From positions 69,688,001-69,752,000 of the forward strand of contig NC_043008.1 in NCBI RefSeq assembly GCF_006345805.1: a stretch of 64,000 nucleotides of DNA. Direction: 5' to 3'. The DNA comes from Octopus sinensis. Lineage: Eukaryota. This document shows, piece by piece, positions 12,280-27,411 of this stretch (positions are counted from its first letter, which is position 1; each line of letters begins with the position of its first letter). The notes under the pieces were generated by a model that searched no databases, was not told the origin of the DNA, and saw only the letters and a list, made by a program, of their open reading frames with translations. The translations under genes and the position numbers were made by a program.

Positions 12280-12500
12280 GCGGAGGAGGAGGAGAGGGGG
12301 ATGAGGTGGAGGTGGAAAACGTGGTGGCGGACGGAGAAACGAAGAACGAACACGAAGAAATGCAGGAAGGGGAAGAAGAAATAATGAAAAAAAGAGAGAA
12401 CGAGAAGAGAAAAGAGTCGAGTTAGGGAGAAGAAGAAGAAGAAGAAGAAGAAGAAGAAGAAGAAGAAGAAGAAGAAGAGAAGAAGAAGAAGAAGAAATGA
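11430..12500. repeat. Compound triplet-repeat tract (GTT/GGT, GAT, GTA, GAA)
   Basis: Direct reading; imperfect GGT/GTT over ~600 bp followed by (GAT)n, (GTA)n and (GAA)n. Confidence 0.95.
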
Positions 12501-12867
12501 AAACTTAATGGAAAGTCGCTAAATTTTGTAAACGTGGTTGATAGAGTAACGTGTTAAGATAGATATATCGCAAATTTACTATGAAGTCTCCGTTAATTCG
12601 ATGTTGAATGGGGTTGTGAATGGTGGAATGTGTGTGTGTATATGTGTGTGCATCTGGGTCTGTGTGCATATGTAGGTGCGTGCGCGTGTGTGTGTGTGCG
12701 CGTGCGTGTGCGTGCGTGAGAGTGCCAGAAAGATTAGAAAAGTGTGTTAAGGTAGATATTTGAGTGAGATGTCCGTTAATCTGTTGCGAGAAGAGCAGAA
12801 ACGTGTAAAGATAGATATTGGAGAAAGTTTTATCTAGTGTGATGGAGAAATGTGGTGGCGGTAGAGG

Positions 12868-12913
<46 letters not shown>

Positions 12914-13080
12914 GGTGCTGCTGCTGGTGCTGTTGCTGTTGCTGGTGGTCATATAGTGGTGGTGGTGGTGGTGGTGGTGGTAGTGCTGCTGGTGCTGGTG
13001 GTGGTATTGGCAATGGATGACCCACATGATCAGAAAAGATAGCCACTTAGTGGGTAAATTGAACCTTCCATACTCTAGCT

Positions 13081-13345
13081 CAGTGGTTTTTAACCGGGGT
13101 CCATATGGCCCTTGGTGGGGGTCCATATAAGATTTTGCTGTTAAAATTTATCTCCAATAAACTGGTTATGTTTCTACAATACACAAAACATTTTAACAAT
13201 TTTTTTAATACAATTCCTAATATCTAATTATAAAAACATATAATCTTTTCTTAGCATCAAATACCTATAGGTAATCCCATAAAATAAGAGTAAAATAAGA
13301 ATCAAAGGGGTCTACAGGTAAAAAAAAAATAGTTGAGAACCACTG
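13081..13345. mobile_element. hAT/Charlie-type MITE (265 bp)
   Basis: TIRs CAGTGGTTTTTAACC / AGTTGAGAACCACTG; partial copy at 39636-39720; 8-bp TSD not preserved. Confidence 0.7.
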
Positions 13346-13802
13346 GTCCATATCGTACACATACAAATCCACACGCACGCACATAAACACACACGCTGAG
13401 AAACAAGCACGCAAGCAGAAAGAAAATAGAAAATATAAAAATACTGTCAGAATCCAATAATCGAGCACGGGAAGACGATTGGGATTCTGCAACAGAAATT
13501 CAACTGAACGCTCACAGATTTACAGTGTTCCCACCACATTCTATGTCAAACTCTCCCTACATATACCTGTCTGCTTAATTATCTATCTATCTATCTTCTA
13601 CCTCGTTACAGCTATTTACTACTAATTGGACTGAATAATATGGGAGCTCAATATGCTGTAATCACGTACACTCGGCTCTTTGGCAGACGAAATAAAAGCA
13701 GAAACCATCACCAATGGATTTCTGATGTTACAAGCCGCGCGTTAATTTACGAGTGCTATTGCAGAAAAAAAGATGTCAGCTAACAATAATTTTTCTTCGA
13801 AG

Positions 13803-13842
13803 ATTTCCTGAAGAAGAACTCCTTAGCCTGAAATATTGAAAT
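13803..13842 (+). ncRNA. Hammerhead ribozyme-like motif, stem II degenerate
   Basis: AUUUC-CUGAAGA-AG(..)CU-GAAAU-AUU-GAAAU: canonical core, 5-bp stem I, palindromic AUAU stem III; tail ends in a TA-rich tract at ~13910. Confidence 0.55.
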
Positions 13843-14164
13843 ACAAGGTGAAAGTACAAACTCTCGATTTGTATTAGTTTTTATAACTTGCTAAAGCTTT
13901 ATACATATATATAAAAAAAATATTAAAAACATTTACATACACAATGCTTCATGCAAACTATACTATTTTACTATAGACAGAAATGTGTAAAGAGCAATAT
14001 TTTGTGAGTTTAAGTTTATATCCCCAGCAAGTATGGCTGCCAGTTATGTACCATGATTTCATTAATTGTTTGACGTAACTCTGTATCTTCATCGAGACAC
14101 AAGCCTCCTTTCGATCCTCATTCTTATATAATTGTAACATCGAGGGCATAATAGTAGGGGAGAG

Positions 14165-14335
14165 ACAGAGAGAAAGGGAGAGCTGACTATTCAGCTGATA
14201 TTCATGTAATGCTGAGCAGACTGGAATAACGTGAAATGAAGAGCTTTGCTGAAGGATGCCATGCGCTGCTCTTTTCCCGAATCGAAACCACGATCGTTAA
14301 ATCATGAGCACAACTCACTTCAAAGCCACTGTTTT
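14165..14335 (-). mobile_element. SINE family B, degenerate
   Basis: Reverse complement has GATCGTGGTTTCGATTC and CTTCATTTCACGTTATTCCAGTC. Confidence 0.7.
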
Positions 14336-14780
14336 TACTTAGTGAGAATACATAAATAGATCTTATTTAACCTAGAATGCTCATATCAAAAACGTGTAAA
14401 GGGCGATATTTAGTTTGTTTACACACCTAGATTTTCGTTAATCTAAAACGTGAAGATCAGAAATATGTAGAGGGCGATATAATAGGATTAGATGTTGGTT
14501 AATGTGAAGCGAGAAAACCTTTAGAAGTATTATCAAGTGTGCAATACTAGTGACATAATCTGTCTGTTATTTCCAAATGGTTCTTTTCCCCCCTTCTTCT
14601 AAACGGTTCCAGCCTCTACTATCTTTTAATTCAGCAAATCTACACACAATATGGGTGCTTTATCTTTCAAGTGGCAGAATAAAAAATGAGAAATTTGGTA
14701 AATGAGAACAATTATAGATAATGCTTGTGTAAGTATGTGCCTGTATCTTTGAACCTATGTGAATATATATATATATATAA

Positions 14781-14825
<45 letters not shown>

Positions 14826-14854
14826 TAGATAGATATACATACATACATATACAT

Positions 14855-14915
<61 letters not shown>

Positions 14916-16099
14916 CATTGTGTTTATGTTTATGTGCTGTTATACGTGAAGATAGCAATGTATGTAGGTACACATATCACCGTGTGCGAATATCGCTTTG
15001 TGTATGTATGAACATTGTAGTGAGTCTAGATACCAAAATGTATAGGTATGAGTATGATTATTTGATATATATGTGTGTGTATGTGTGTGTGTGTGTGTGT
15101 GTGCGTGTGTGTGTGTATAACGGTGTGTGTGTATGGATATATGTATTTTATGTAGTCATCGTTTGTAGTTTATTTATTTCACATTTGTGAATGTGTGCAT
15201 CCTTTCACAAGAATCTATGCGCTTCTGTAGGTGTGTCTCTGTTTCTATACGGGTATGAAGTAAGCAATACGTGTTGTGTTTGTATATATGCATGTATATG
15301 TTTACATATGTATATACATATACAGGTATCTCTGTATGTGTGTAAATACGTATATGTGTGGCACGAGTAGCTGTATTTAAGGTAGATGTTCTGGTAATTC
15401 GCTTAATTATATTTACTTAGTTCCATCATTAAAACGTCTAGTTAGCAGTGAAAATAACGGTGTTTTTTATTCTTTTATTTCATAGGTTTACTGAGAATAT
15501 AAAAAAAGAGAGTTTTTATATTCAAAGACAGTGACTGTGTTCATGGAAAGAGACTACAGGATAGAGACATATATGGAAAAAGAGACAGAAATTGAAAGAG
15601 AGAGACAAAAGGGGAGAGAGAGAGAGAGTCAAAGGGAGACACAGACACGAAGAGAGAAAGATACAATTGGATACAAAGATACATCATCATTTGTTGGGAC
15701 TGTCACATCGATTAGAAGGTACTTTCGTTTCTGGGGTCATATGACAATAATATCCTTAGACAAATTACCTTAGATCTCCCTGTCTGTATGTATCAGTATA
15801 TTCCAGAATACGGTCACTTTATCATTTTCTAACCCGTTTATCGTAACTCCCTTCTCTGTAATAAATCTGTGCAACTTGTGTACTATCTGCAGTAGTGTTT
15901 CTTCTTCAGGATTGATTAAAAAAATAGAGCCTGTCAAATATTAGACATTTCCATGGCTTATTTATCCCCCTACTAAATATCATATATATCATAACCTTGG
16001 ATTTGTAAATAAACATATATAGTAGAAATAATTCGGAGTGTTTGCTGAAAGGTGAGGGAGGGAGACGTGCATGGAATGCGTGAATGCGTCAGATCACAG

Positions 16100-16500
16100 C
16101 ATGCAAATGTAAGCCAGAGAATACAGATAGAAGACGGTACTTTCCATTGAAATACAAAAGATGTGGCATCTTAAAACGAGAAATGTTCCTGTTATTGTAG
16201 GTGTCCTAGGTATGATAAAACAAGCAGTGCCAGAAACATCTAGATAATATCCCAGAAGAAGCATGTCTCAGAGGAATCCAAAACATTGTGCCGACAAGTA
16301 CTGCCCACATCCTTAGCAAAACATTATCCATTTAAATGTCTGTGTTGTATTACATGAAGATATTTCGCTACTACCCCTACGAATTTTCCTCTGCAAGCTT
16401 TCAGTCAAAGTCTAACATCTATTATACTTCACTCGCCCCAGGACGCTGGGTGTGTCTGTCTCTGTAAGTGATTGTAACAAACATGCAGATTAAAAATAGA
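16100..16500 (+). pseudogene. 3' end of an R4/Dong-type restriction-like-endonuclease LINE (ORF C-terminus and 3' UTR) with (AAT)n tail to ~16590
   Basis: IEIQKMWHLKTRNVPVIVGVLGMIK / frameshift / QKHLDNIP...IQNIVPTSTAHILSKTLSI* (stop 16333-16335), the typical RLE-LINE terminus. Confidence 0.8.
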
Positions 16501-16530
16501 AATAATAATTATAATAATAATAATAATAAC

Positions 16531-16590
<60 letters not shown>

Positions 16591-16608
16591 TTTATTATTA
16601 TAATTGCT

Positions 16609-16640
<32 letters not shown>

Positions 16641-17861
16641 TATTATTATTATTGAATATCCATCCACAACAATACCATGACACCTCTACTATTATCATCC
16701 TTACCATCAAACACCTTTCATCTTAATCGCAACACTGGTGCACCACCGTCTCCACCAGATAACCATACCAAAATCACAACTACCATCACCATCGCCATAA
16801 TGAACATGACCACCTCCCTATCACTCACTCAGTCGCTCTATTTCTCTCTCTAATCTCTCTCTCTCTCATCTTTCACATCTTTCTCTCTCTCTTTCTCTCA
16901 TCTTCTTCTCTCTCTCTCTGTTGACTATTTAAACCTGTGCAAATCAATATCTATAGAAAATATTATTGAGAAGATAGAAATTAGATAATAAAAGTGAAAT
17001 TTGTTATAATCGAGAGCACAAAGATGATGTGTCAACGTCTCAGTCGGTGATGCGACCAAAGGTCTCACTCTTGTAGCGATTCTCTGAATTTATAGAATGG
17101 AAGTTAATTGTTTGTATTGGTTTCTTGAAAGTCTTCTTTGTTTGTGTATATGTGTGTGTGTATATATGTATGTGTGTATGTATGTATATATATGTGTATG
17201 AGTGAATATATGCATATAGACACATACACATATACATGTGTATGTACGTACATGTGTATATGTATATATATATATATATGTATATTTGTGTATATATGTA
17301 TATACATATGTATGCATATGTGTATGTGTAAGTGTATATATGTATATGTGTATATGTGTGTATGTGCATGTATTCATATATATGTGTGTGTTTATGCGTA
17401 TATGTGTGTGTGTGAGTATATGCACGTGGGTATGTGTGTGTATGCATAAAGTCTATTTTTATGTACGCCTGTGTGTGTGTATATTTTATTATGCATATAT
17501 ACAAGCGTATTCGTTTGTCTATATATGTTTGTCTTTATGCATGGGCGGGTGGTAGCGTTGATAGCCTTGGCGGTGGATCTCTGTCGTTCGATGTGGCGGA
17601 TCAATAGTTTAACCAACTGAATTATCTGCTCATGAATTAACATGTAAATTACTGAGAATTCCACGGGAGTGTCATTCTCAAACAGAATCGGCACCGCACA
17701 GTGTGAGACAAAGCTGCACCCATTAGAATTACAGGCACAGTTCACGTGACGGGCTTCTACGTAGTTTCCATCTAGCTAAATTTATTTCCAGGGTATTGGT
17801 TCACTCGAGGCTATGGGAAATTTAAAAATCTAAATTGCCTTAGATGCCATGCAATAGAATC

Positions 17862-18152
17862 GGGCTCTTTTGTTGAAGCGGTAAGTTACGGGGACGTAAA
17901 CACACCGACGTCGGTTGTCAAGCGATGGTGAAGGACACACACACACACACACAGACGCGCGCACGCACACACACACACACACACACACATATATACACAA
18001 CTGGCTTCTTTGAGCTTCCATCTACCAATTTCTCTCACAAGGCTTTGGTCGGCCCGAGGCTATAGTAGAAGACACTTGCCCAAGGGGACTGAACCAGGAA
18101 TCATGTGGCTCTTAAGCAAGCTGCTACTTACCACACAGCCACTCCTACGCCT
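17862..18152 (-). mobile_element. SINE family A (tail missing); a further fragment lies at ~17745-17820
   Basis: Colinear with family A. Confidence 0.85.
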
Positions 18153-19206
18153 ATATATATATATATATATATATGGAAGTATGTATGTGTGTGTGTGTGT
18201 GTATGTATGTATACAAGTGTTTATGTATATGAATCTGTCTTTGATACGTACGACAATATTTTCATTTCCACATCCAGCCCATCAAACCCTCCCACTATCA
18301 GCCCGAACCATATTCTTCACTCTCACCACGACTGCGAAGCCAAAACTCCCACCATCTCTTCCCTCTACCTTTTCCTCTCCTGCGCCTCCTCTTCCTCCGT
18401 CGCCGCCGCCATCTCTTCCAGGTTACTATTTACCAGTTGGACTTATTGTTATATAACCAAGTTCAGCTCTGATAGAAAATAAAAATGAACTTAGAAATCT
18501 CGCAACAAAAATCGATTAAATTCCCCCTCCCCTCGTATTTGTTTTTATTCTCGTTATTTCATGTTGCATTTATTAAATCTGATGGATCACTAATTTACGC
18601 AACAACCTGCTCTCGCTTTCATTTCTTTCTCTATTACATCCCATTCTACCTCTCTCGCCATGTTTTATATCTCTTGCTTTCATTTTTCTCTCTTCCCTAT
18701 ATCCTCTCTCTTTCTACCCTCTCCATCATACACACATGCAGGCACACAAAGACACACACACACACATATGTGTACACACTATCTCACTCTCTTTTTTCTT
18801 CCCTCTCTCTTTCATTCATCTTCTTCTCTATGTCTGAATCACTCTATAAACAAATATATTTAATACAAGCCTAAATCCTTTTCATCTAATTCTCTCTATC
18901 TCTCTGTGTGTTTTATCTCCCTCTCTTCTCTCTTTCCTCCCCCTTGCTCTCTTTCTGTTTACTCTCTGATCATTCGCAATACTCTCTTATAATGAGGTTC
19001 ACCACTCTCTTAAACACACACACATATATATGGATATACATATGTGTATTTATAAATGTATATACTCACATATACCCCCACACACACATATATAGATACA
19101 TAAATATATATACGCACACACATATATATATACACATTTATAAATACACGCATACGTGTATTTATATATATATATATACACGTATGCGTGTATTTATAAA
19201 TGTATA

Positions 19207-19285
<79 letters not shown>

Positions 19286-21826
19286 TGTGTGTCTGCGTAT
19301 ACAAACACAGTTAAAACACACACAAAAGAGAGGAGATTAAGAGCTAAAGAGGCGATAAACATGTCTATAATATATGAAGTTAGACAAGTATAACACGTCG
19401 TGGAATAAACATGGAAATATGAAATTAAACGACACCAATAAATGAATATGTACAATGAAAATAATGATGGCAATGAATGTGATAGTAGAGGATTAACTTT
19501 TTAGCTTATACGTTTTATTTAAACAAGGAGAAGGTAACCGAAAATGGGAACGATACGAAAATTATGATGTATGTTTACATTGCAAGCTTAGTATAAAAGA
19601 GATCTCCGATCATAGATCATAATTCTACGAGAATGTAATTTTGATCACTAATAATGTGTAACCCTTTTCTGACAGAGCCTAAAATATTTGTTTATATTGT
19701 TCGTGGTTCTCCCTCTGTCGGTTAAATGAAACCGAAAATCAATGTCTAAGCACCAATTTAATTCAAACTACAATGTATTAAATAGCCAGATCGTAAATAA
19801 CATGTAATCAATATGCTTACAATTTGTTCCGAAATATACAAATGTCAACATGTCTTATTAAAAATATTACGAGGCCTACTTCCGAAACATATAACCCTCC
19901 TTGTGTTTAGTTTAATACATAAATTAGATTAAGAGGTTCCGATTAATATCAATTTGTTGGACTTCTATGGGGTTACATCAAGTTCCAACAATAGGTGTAC
20001 GCTTCTTACCATAAATCTATTTACAAACGACAGAAACAGGGTCGTATGCTTGAATCTGCACATAATTTTGAAAAATGCATGTAGCAAATCATTTGATGTT
20101 ATAGTAACTCTTTTCACTGGTGATAAGTATCGCATTTTCTGTATGAATCGACTAATGTTTAGTATGTTGATATAACACGAAATCACTTTCTCTAACATTT
20201 CTTTATTCGATGACAAGGTACAAGTTCTTCTACTGATGCTTATTACTGAAGTTTTTAAATTTATGAGTGGATTCAAGATTGTATCGTCATATACTTTTTA
20301 TTAGATTTACTATTTGGCTTTATAATGAAGATAATATCTAAGCAATTTTCAGTTCTTAAATTAGTATTGATAGTTACTATAAGAACGAAATTATAGTACA
20401 TATTAATTAGATATTTTCAGAGTAAATCTGGCATGTGTTTGTTGATGTACTGAAAACACGGTTAACCCATCCTCTCGGTATAAGCCTATATCATGTGTAA
20501 TGAACATACTTTTGAGTCTGTCAAAGATATGCAAACCGAGATTACATAACTTTGTATTATTATATAGTTCTACTCTGACAGAACGAATTCGTGGGGTTTC
20601 ACTCTTGACGTTATCTTAAGTTTTTTAAAGTTTTCTAGTTTATATAACGATGTTTATATGTCTTTTATATATATATGTTGTTACATATATACGCGATATA
20701 TATGTAGACATAGATAAGTGTAGTAATTTGGAAGAAGTGGAATAAAGTATGATAGTGCCGAATTACGGAAACTGAAATATTGAGAACTGCGATAAATCTT
20801 CAGACCACTTAAACGTCGAATGAGATATTTTCAGGAAGGGTTTCCACGTCAACAAACAAAAGCTGATACGGTTGAGGATTATATAACCAAATGATTGAGC
20901 GAATTTCCCCCCCCCCACCACCACCACCACTTAACTTTTTACCAGAAACATCCATACTCTCTTTATTTTTCCTTTCACAAACCCTGTTAATTATCAACAC
21001 ACAGTATAATATTTAAGTTTTTAAATATTTCATTATGTAATATGCCCATTGCTGCTCTAACCTTTATGTTTTCATTACTTCAATTCAGTCAAATATCAGT
21101 TTATTGAAACCCTTAAACCAAAATACTTTTATCAAGTTCACCCAAGGGAAACTGCTCATCTGTAACAACCATTATGAATATATAATAAGTTAAAATCCTT
21201 AACTTGATTTTATCCTCACCGTACAATACCGGATGTTTAGACAACCACCCTGTGACTATTCATTGTACTTGTCTGCTAATCGTACTAAGCTTTGAGGCTT
21301 ATCGTGTGACAGTTATTGAGCTTTAATAAATATAAACTTGAAGTTACGATGTATAAGCTCTGTAAACACTTATTTCCACTATTATTTCATTCTATTTATA
21401 TTCTGCTGGAAATATCTTGTTTTCCCTTGTAAATACCCACAATATATATGTATACATACATGCATACATATATACATACATATATACATACATACATACA
21501 TACATACATACATACATACATACATACAATACATACATACATACATATATACATACATTGTCAGTCTGAATAAGCTTGGATTTTCAGAAAAAGAAATCAA
21601 CCAACTGACTCGTGAATAAGAAATACAATCTGTAATCTGTAAGCGGAATAGTAAAACTAGGCAAGACTTATCGCGGGTTTAAAATTTGACATTGTTTTCT
21701 TCATCTGCATTCCGGCAATGGAGTTTTGTATGTTTGTAAGAAACCACCTCTTTCTTCAATGAAAGAAATGATATAATTAAAAACGGAAGGGAACACTTAT
21801 ATATGTATATATATATTTATTTACCC

Positions 21827-22215
21827 GTTTACTAGTTTCAGTCATTTGACTGTGGCCATGCTGGAGCAAATCGACCTTAGCCGAGCAAATCGACCCCAGG
21901 ACTTATTCTTTGTAAGCCTAGTACTTATTCTACCGGTCTCTTTTGCCGAACCGCTAAGTTACGGAGATGTACGGTTGTCAAGCGATGTTGGGGGGACGAA
22001 CACAGACGCGCAAACATATACACACACGTACATATATGTATATATATATATATATATATGACGGGCTTCTTTCAGTTTCCGTATAACAAATCCACTCACG
22101 AAGCTTTGGTCGGCCCGAGGTTATAGTAGAAGACACTTGCCCAAGGTGCTACGCAGTGGGACTGAACCCGGAACCATGTGGTTCGTTAGCAAGCTACTTA
22201 CCACACAGCCACTCG
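21827..22215 (-). mobile_element. SINE family A, near full length
   Basis: High identity to 32080-32533. Confidence 0.9.
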
Positions 22216-22609
22216 TGTACCCGCGCGCGCGCGTATTGGCGTCTAAGGGTTTTTATTTCCCTGAAGTCATTAAAATGAATACCAGTAATATACTTGTAAC
22301 CGAAAAAATTTATTGCACACATTTGCTTCCAACCAATTTATAGCTTTGTGCTAATGCGAGAAATCATCATCATCATCATCATTATCATTGTGTTGCTGTT
22401 GTTGTTGCTGTTGTGTTGTTGTTGTTGATTATTGTTTCCATTTGATTATTGGCACAGCTCAGCTTACCAAATATAATTCAGTGTGAGATATAAATCAATA
22501 TTATAATAATGAAATAATTAAGTTACATATAAATATTTGATGAAATAAATTTGAAGCTGTTCATATCGCCGCCATCTTTCTCCCTGATCTGACTCTGCAG
22601 CGTTGTTGT

Positions 22610-22644
22610 TGTTGTTGCTACTGTGGATGCTGTTGTTGTTGTTG

Positions 22645-22679
<35 letters not shown>

Positions 22680-22705
22680 TTATTATTATTATTATTATTA
22701 TTATA

Positions 22706-22742
<37 letters not shown>

Positions 22743-22787
22743 GAATAGTAGCAGTTATATTGGAGATGGTGGTTGTGATAGTAGTAT

Positions 22788-22821
<34 letters not shown>

Positions 22822-22860
22822 GGTGGTGGTGGTGGTGGTGGTGGTAGTGGTGCTATTCTT
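22610..22860. repeat. Compound (GTT)(ATT)(AGT)(GGT) microsatellite
   Basis: Direct reading. Confidence 0.95.
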
Positions 22861-23029
22861 GCTGTTGTGGTTTCTGTTTTTGTAGTGTCGGTTGTTTGCT
22901 GTGAACGATTACGTTTCCCAGTGGTTCACTTATAAATTTTCTTCTAGGATTACTTGATGAATACACTCACACACACATGCACACACACATATTCATATGT
23001 ATGTTTGTGTGTCTGTGTGTGTATGCGCG

Positions 23030-23061
<32 letters not shown>

Positions 23062-23145
23062 ATTTTTACCAACCACTTTACCTGGGGTGTAGAAGAAAGC
23101 TAATTTGATCAATGCCGAAAACATAGTTCTCTCTCTCTCTATATA

Positions 23146-23224
<79 letters not shown>

Positions 23225-23686
23225 GTGTGTGTATGTGTGTGTGTGTGTGTTAGTTTTTATTTTTGTACCATTCTTATTTGCCATACAGTTGTGACAAGTG
23301 TGGTAGCAATAAGAGTTGTACTTCATTACATTGGTAACATTTGATACGCACGAATCATCAATTTTGGAAAACGGAAAAAGATTTGGAAAGCAAAGTACAA
23401 GCATATTTAAACAGACAGACACGATGATGAAGTTTAACGTTTTGAGAATGATAAACGAAAAAGGAAACGAAATGTCGAGAAATAACAAATTACAATAGCA
23501 ATAAAAACTGTATCACCACAAACAGCAGCAGCAAAGTCAAAAAAGAAAACTAGGGAAAACGTATGGAAGAGGTGTGTCACAAAAGCCAGTACACCTTTGC
23601 TCGAAAACTTCCCCCGAAAATGTGCAAAGATGAAAGTTAAATAACCATGTTTTTCAAAATGATTAAAATAATAATTGTCACACTGT

Positions 23687-23767
23687 AACATCTTTTATCC
23701 TTCACTTGTCCTAGAATGCTGGGTGTGTCTCGGCAAGTGATTGTAACAAATATGCAGATTAAAAGTA

Positions 23768-23770
<3 letters not shown>
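23687..23770 (+). mobile_element. R4/Dong-type LINE extreme 3' UTR stub with (AAT)n tail
   Basis: Matches 16408-16500 (CTGGGTGTGTCT...AAGTGATTGTAACAAA.ATGCAGATTAAAA). Confidence 0.75.
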
Positions 23771-23827
<57 letters not shown>

Positions 23828-23855
23828 CATAATAATAATAATAATAATAATAATA

Positions 23856-24394
23856 AATGCCCTGATGCAGTACCAGGCTTCTGATCTTAACTGATTGGAA
23901 GTGTTATCATGTACATTGTTTTGTCTTGGTATAAAAGATGGGCTACAGCAAATATTCTGCTCAATACCACAGATTTGCTTGTCAGTTGTTTGACCTTAAC
24001 CAGTTGAGCATGTCCCTTAGTGGCTGACGATATGTGCATCTCTGATCACGAGCAGAAGTAGTGGGGGAGCATCATAGCCATGTGTTGAGAGGGATTCTTG
24101 GGTTTGAATAGTTCACCTCTGGAAACATGGGTGGTTCTTTCAACATCCTTAAACAACCCTTATTCAGGGACCGTTGAGCGGGATGGGCTACTCAACCTGA
24201 AGAAAATTCTAACTGGGCCCCACCTGCAAGGTCATGTGCTGTTTATCTTGATATGAGATCACCATGTCGCGCACATATGGTTGTGATGCATGTGCCTGGT
24301 GTACCTTTATCAGACGGGTAGTCATGATGGGTATATTGGGCTTCGTATATTTTACCCCAGTGTCACTTTGATGGCATGAACTGCTCTCTCACTC
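23856..24394 (+). mobile_element. Family E copy 2
   Basis: Same ends as copy 1, short internal deletion near the 5' end, (AAT)n on both sides. Confidence 0.9.
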
Positions 24395-24410
24395 AATAAT
24401 AATAATAATG

Positions 24411-24487
<77 letters not shown>

Positions 24488-24494
24488 CATACTT

Positions 24495-25000
24495 GCTTTA
24501 TTAGCCACAGGGGCATAGGTGAGGGAGACATATAGTAAGGAGGTGGTGATCTTTATGGGTTTAGACAAAAGAATTAGATGGAAACTTGACGTGTGGGGAG
24601 GAGTGCATGCTCGTTCGATGGGAACTGTCACGTAGAAGTGGGTATCTTTTTATTTAAGAATGAGGACAAAGAGAAAAGGCAAGGAAGAGTTCGAGCCCTA
24701 CACGTCTGTTTACAGGACAGAACATTAGTACACAGCTAGAAGAATCCCAAAGGTCATTGAATAAGCCATCAGTGTGAATGTCAACTCTTAGTTCGTAGTA
24801 AACATTTCCAGCACAATGTAGGAAACTGGTGAATGTTCAGATATTCTGCAACAACGTGTGATCGAGTGTGGTCTAAATGGGAAACCACGGTGGCTCTGCA
24901 TCAAAGACAAAGCTATCTCACCAAAGTTATATTTTGTTAATGAAGCCAAGGAGAGGAACCTCGAAAGGTTGGTGAGAGACAAGAAACCCGGCTTCCACGT
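24495..25000 (-). pseudogene. Degenerate LINE 3' end (Cys/His C-terminal region, AATAAA, ATT tail)
   Basis: Fragments ..TRCCRISEH / FLHCAGNVYYELR..; AATAAA just before the (ATT)n; clade uncertain. Confidence 0.35.
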
Positions 25001-25207
25001 GTCAAAATACTAAAGAATTAGTCATGACCATTTGTTCCTAAAAATAAAATTTAAAAAGGGAATGAAAACACAAAAAAACAAGTCGCCGGAAGTAGTGGAA
25101 TTGGCAAAATTCTGCAATGAAGGTCATTGCTGCAGTTTTTGGTTCCACGAGACCATCAGTCGCGGCTCCGAAAGTAACCACAACGGACATCTGATACCTG
25201 TCAGCAA

Positions 25208-25248
<41 letters not shown>

Positions 25249-25322
25249 TGTGCGTGCATGTACGTGTGCGCGCGCGTGCATGCGTGTGTGTCTATTGGCG
25301 TGTGTGTGTGTTTATTTATATA

Positions 25323-25375
<53 letters not shown>

Positions 25376-25427
25376 ATTATATATGAGTATATATATATAT
25401 ATATATTATATATATATATATTTATAT

Positions 25428-25463
<36 letters not shown>

Positions 25464-26788
25464 ATTATATATATATATACACACACATATATATATATAC
25501 ATACGCATAATATTTTATATATACATATAACACATACAAATATATCATCACCCAACACACCGTTATATATCCTTTTATATTACAAGTAATTTGTAGACAT
25601 CGATGTTGTTAAAGTTCCGATTCCGCCCTAAAAACTATTCCATCTTTGTTCACTTATATAGTGTGTCTAGGGGTACGTCATTCAATGTGACCTTCACTGT
25701 TGAAGACAGTACTACGAACAATGCATACATACATACACACATACATAATAGAAGTCTATTTATGGAGTGAGACAGTATACAAGAGGAGATAAAGACTTGA
25801 CAACAATTTGTGTAAATACACACACACACACACACACACAAACTTTCTAATAACACTGTAATAAAAAAAGATACACATACAACTGTTCCCAACACAAATC
25901 AACACACATACGCAGCTGCAGACACATAATGTCGCACAGACAATTACACACACACAACAGATAAAAGTATCTAAAGAGAAAAGACACACACATACATACA
26001 TACATACATACATACATACATACATACATACATACATACATACATACATACATACATACATACATAGGTACAGACATACAAGACACATGTTGAATTAATA
26101 CCAATTCACAGCTGCTACCCAACCATCCGTTCACCGATCTACACCTCCATATATCGACACAGTCCGTCCAACCACTCGGTAATATTGTTAACTGATTACA
26201 TTTGTTATTCAATACCGTGATATTGTATTAATTTAGAAAGAAATATTAACGGTATTGTAGTAAATATTACAATGATTGCATAGATACGTATATGCACACA
26301 CACACATAGACATAAATACATTCATACCTATCTACGTACATATATATGTGTGTATGCGTGGTTGTGTGTATATATATATATATATATACATGTGTGTCTG
26401 TGTCTGTTTGTGTCTGTGTGTGTATGAATTTATATGTGTGTATGTGTGTATTCATACCTACGCATATACAAGTATACATTCATCCACGAAATAAAACTAT
26501 TTCTCAGCGAATGTATGAGATGATGGTGTCCTGCCTATTCATTTAGATTTCTTGACAAGGACCAAATGTATATGTGCAAGTTTGAATACATACATGCATA
26601 CATACATACATACATACATACATACATACATACATACATACATACATCATACATACATACATACATACAAGTGTGTGTGTGGGGGAAAAACACAAATAGG
26701 TTGATGTTCAACACAGCTGTTTCAAACGCGCTTTGTATTGATGAAAAGATATATATATATATATATATCAACAATTGAGGGTAAATAT

Positions 26789-26842
<54 letters not shown>

Positions 26843-26843
<1 letters not shown>

Positions 26844-27366
26844 AGGTAATGGTGTCATTGAAAGGCAAAGGTGTCAGGTAATGCTGAATAAGTGCTATAG
26901 ATAGACCATAGTTAAGTTCCAGGTTCGGTGATTATGCGAATAAGGGGTTCAACGTTGGTCATATGTTAGTGTGTAAATAAATTTTTTTTTCGTAATGGGA
27001 TAAAAAAAAACAAGGCTGTGTAAATTTTAGAACATTTATAGATAGAAGATCTTACAGCTGTTTCCAAGATATTTATTATATCCCTTCATCGGATAGTATT
27101 GGATTTTACTCATAAGGTATTGGAATCTTATATGTATACCATTCTGCCTAAAAAAAATTGATCTACAAATACAATATCCCTACATATCACACATCTATTT
27201 TCTTTGCTCCATCTCACTCTCTATTGTGTATCCTTTCTAAATTAACTCTTATTTAACCATCCTCGTACACTGACCCCGATGAAGGGTAATAAACATCCTG
27301 GAAACAGCTGTAAAACCTTCTGTCTATAAATGTTCTTGGTTTTTTAGCTCATTATGTAAACAAATT

Positions 27367-27368
<2 letters not shown>
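26843..27368 (+). mobile_element. Penelope-like short element with an inverted duplication of its HHR-bearing end
   Basis: Body homologous to 49741-50170; HHR-like motifs at 27049-27096(-) and 27272-27316(+), both CCGAUGA..GAAAC-AGCU-GUA; ends in (TA)n. Confidence 0.75.

Positions 27369-27411
<43 letters not shown>

Noticed and set aside
19965-20276. 103-aa ORF in unique AT-rich DNA with an ATG|GTAAGA donor near its end
   Set aside because: No recognisable homology and several equally weak acceptors; cannot be supported without transcripts.
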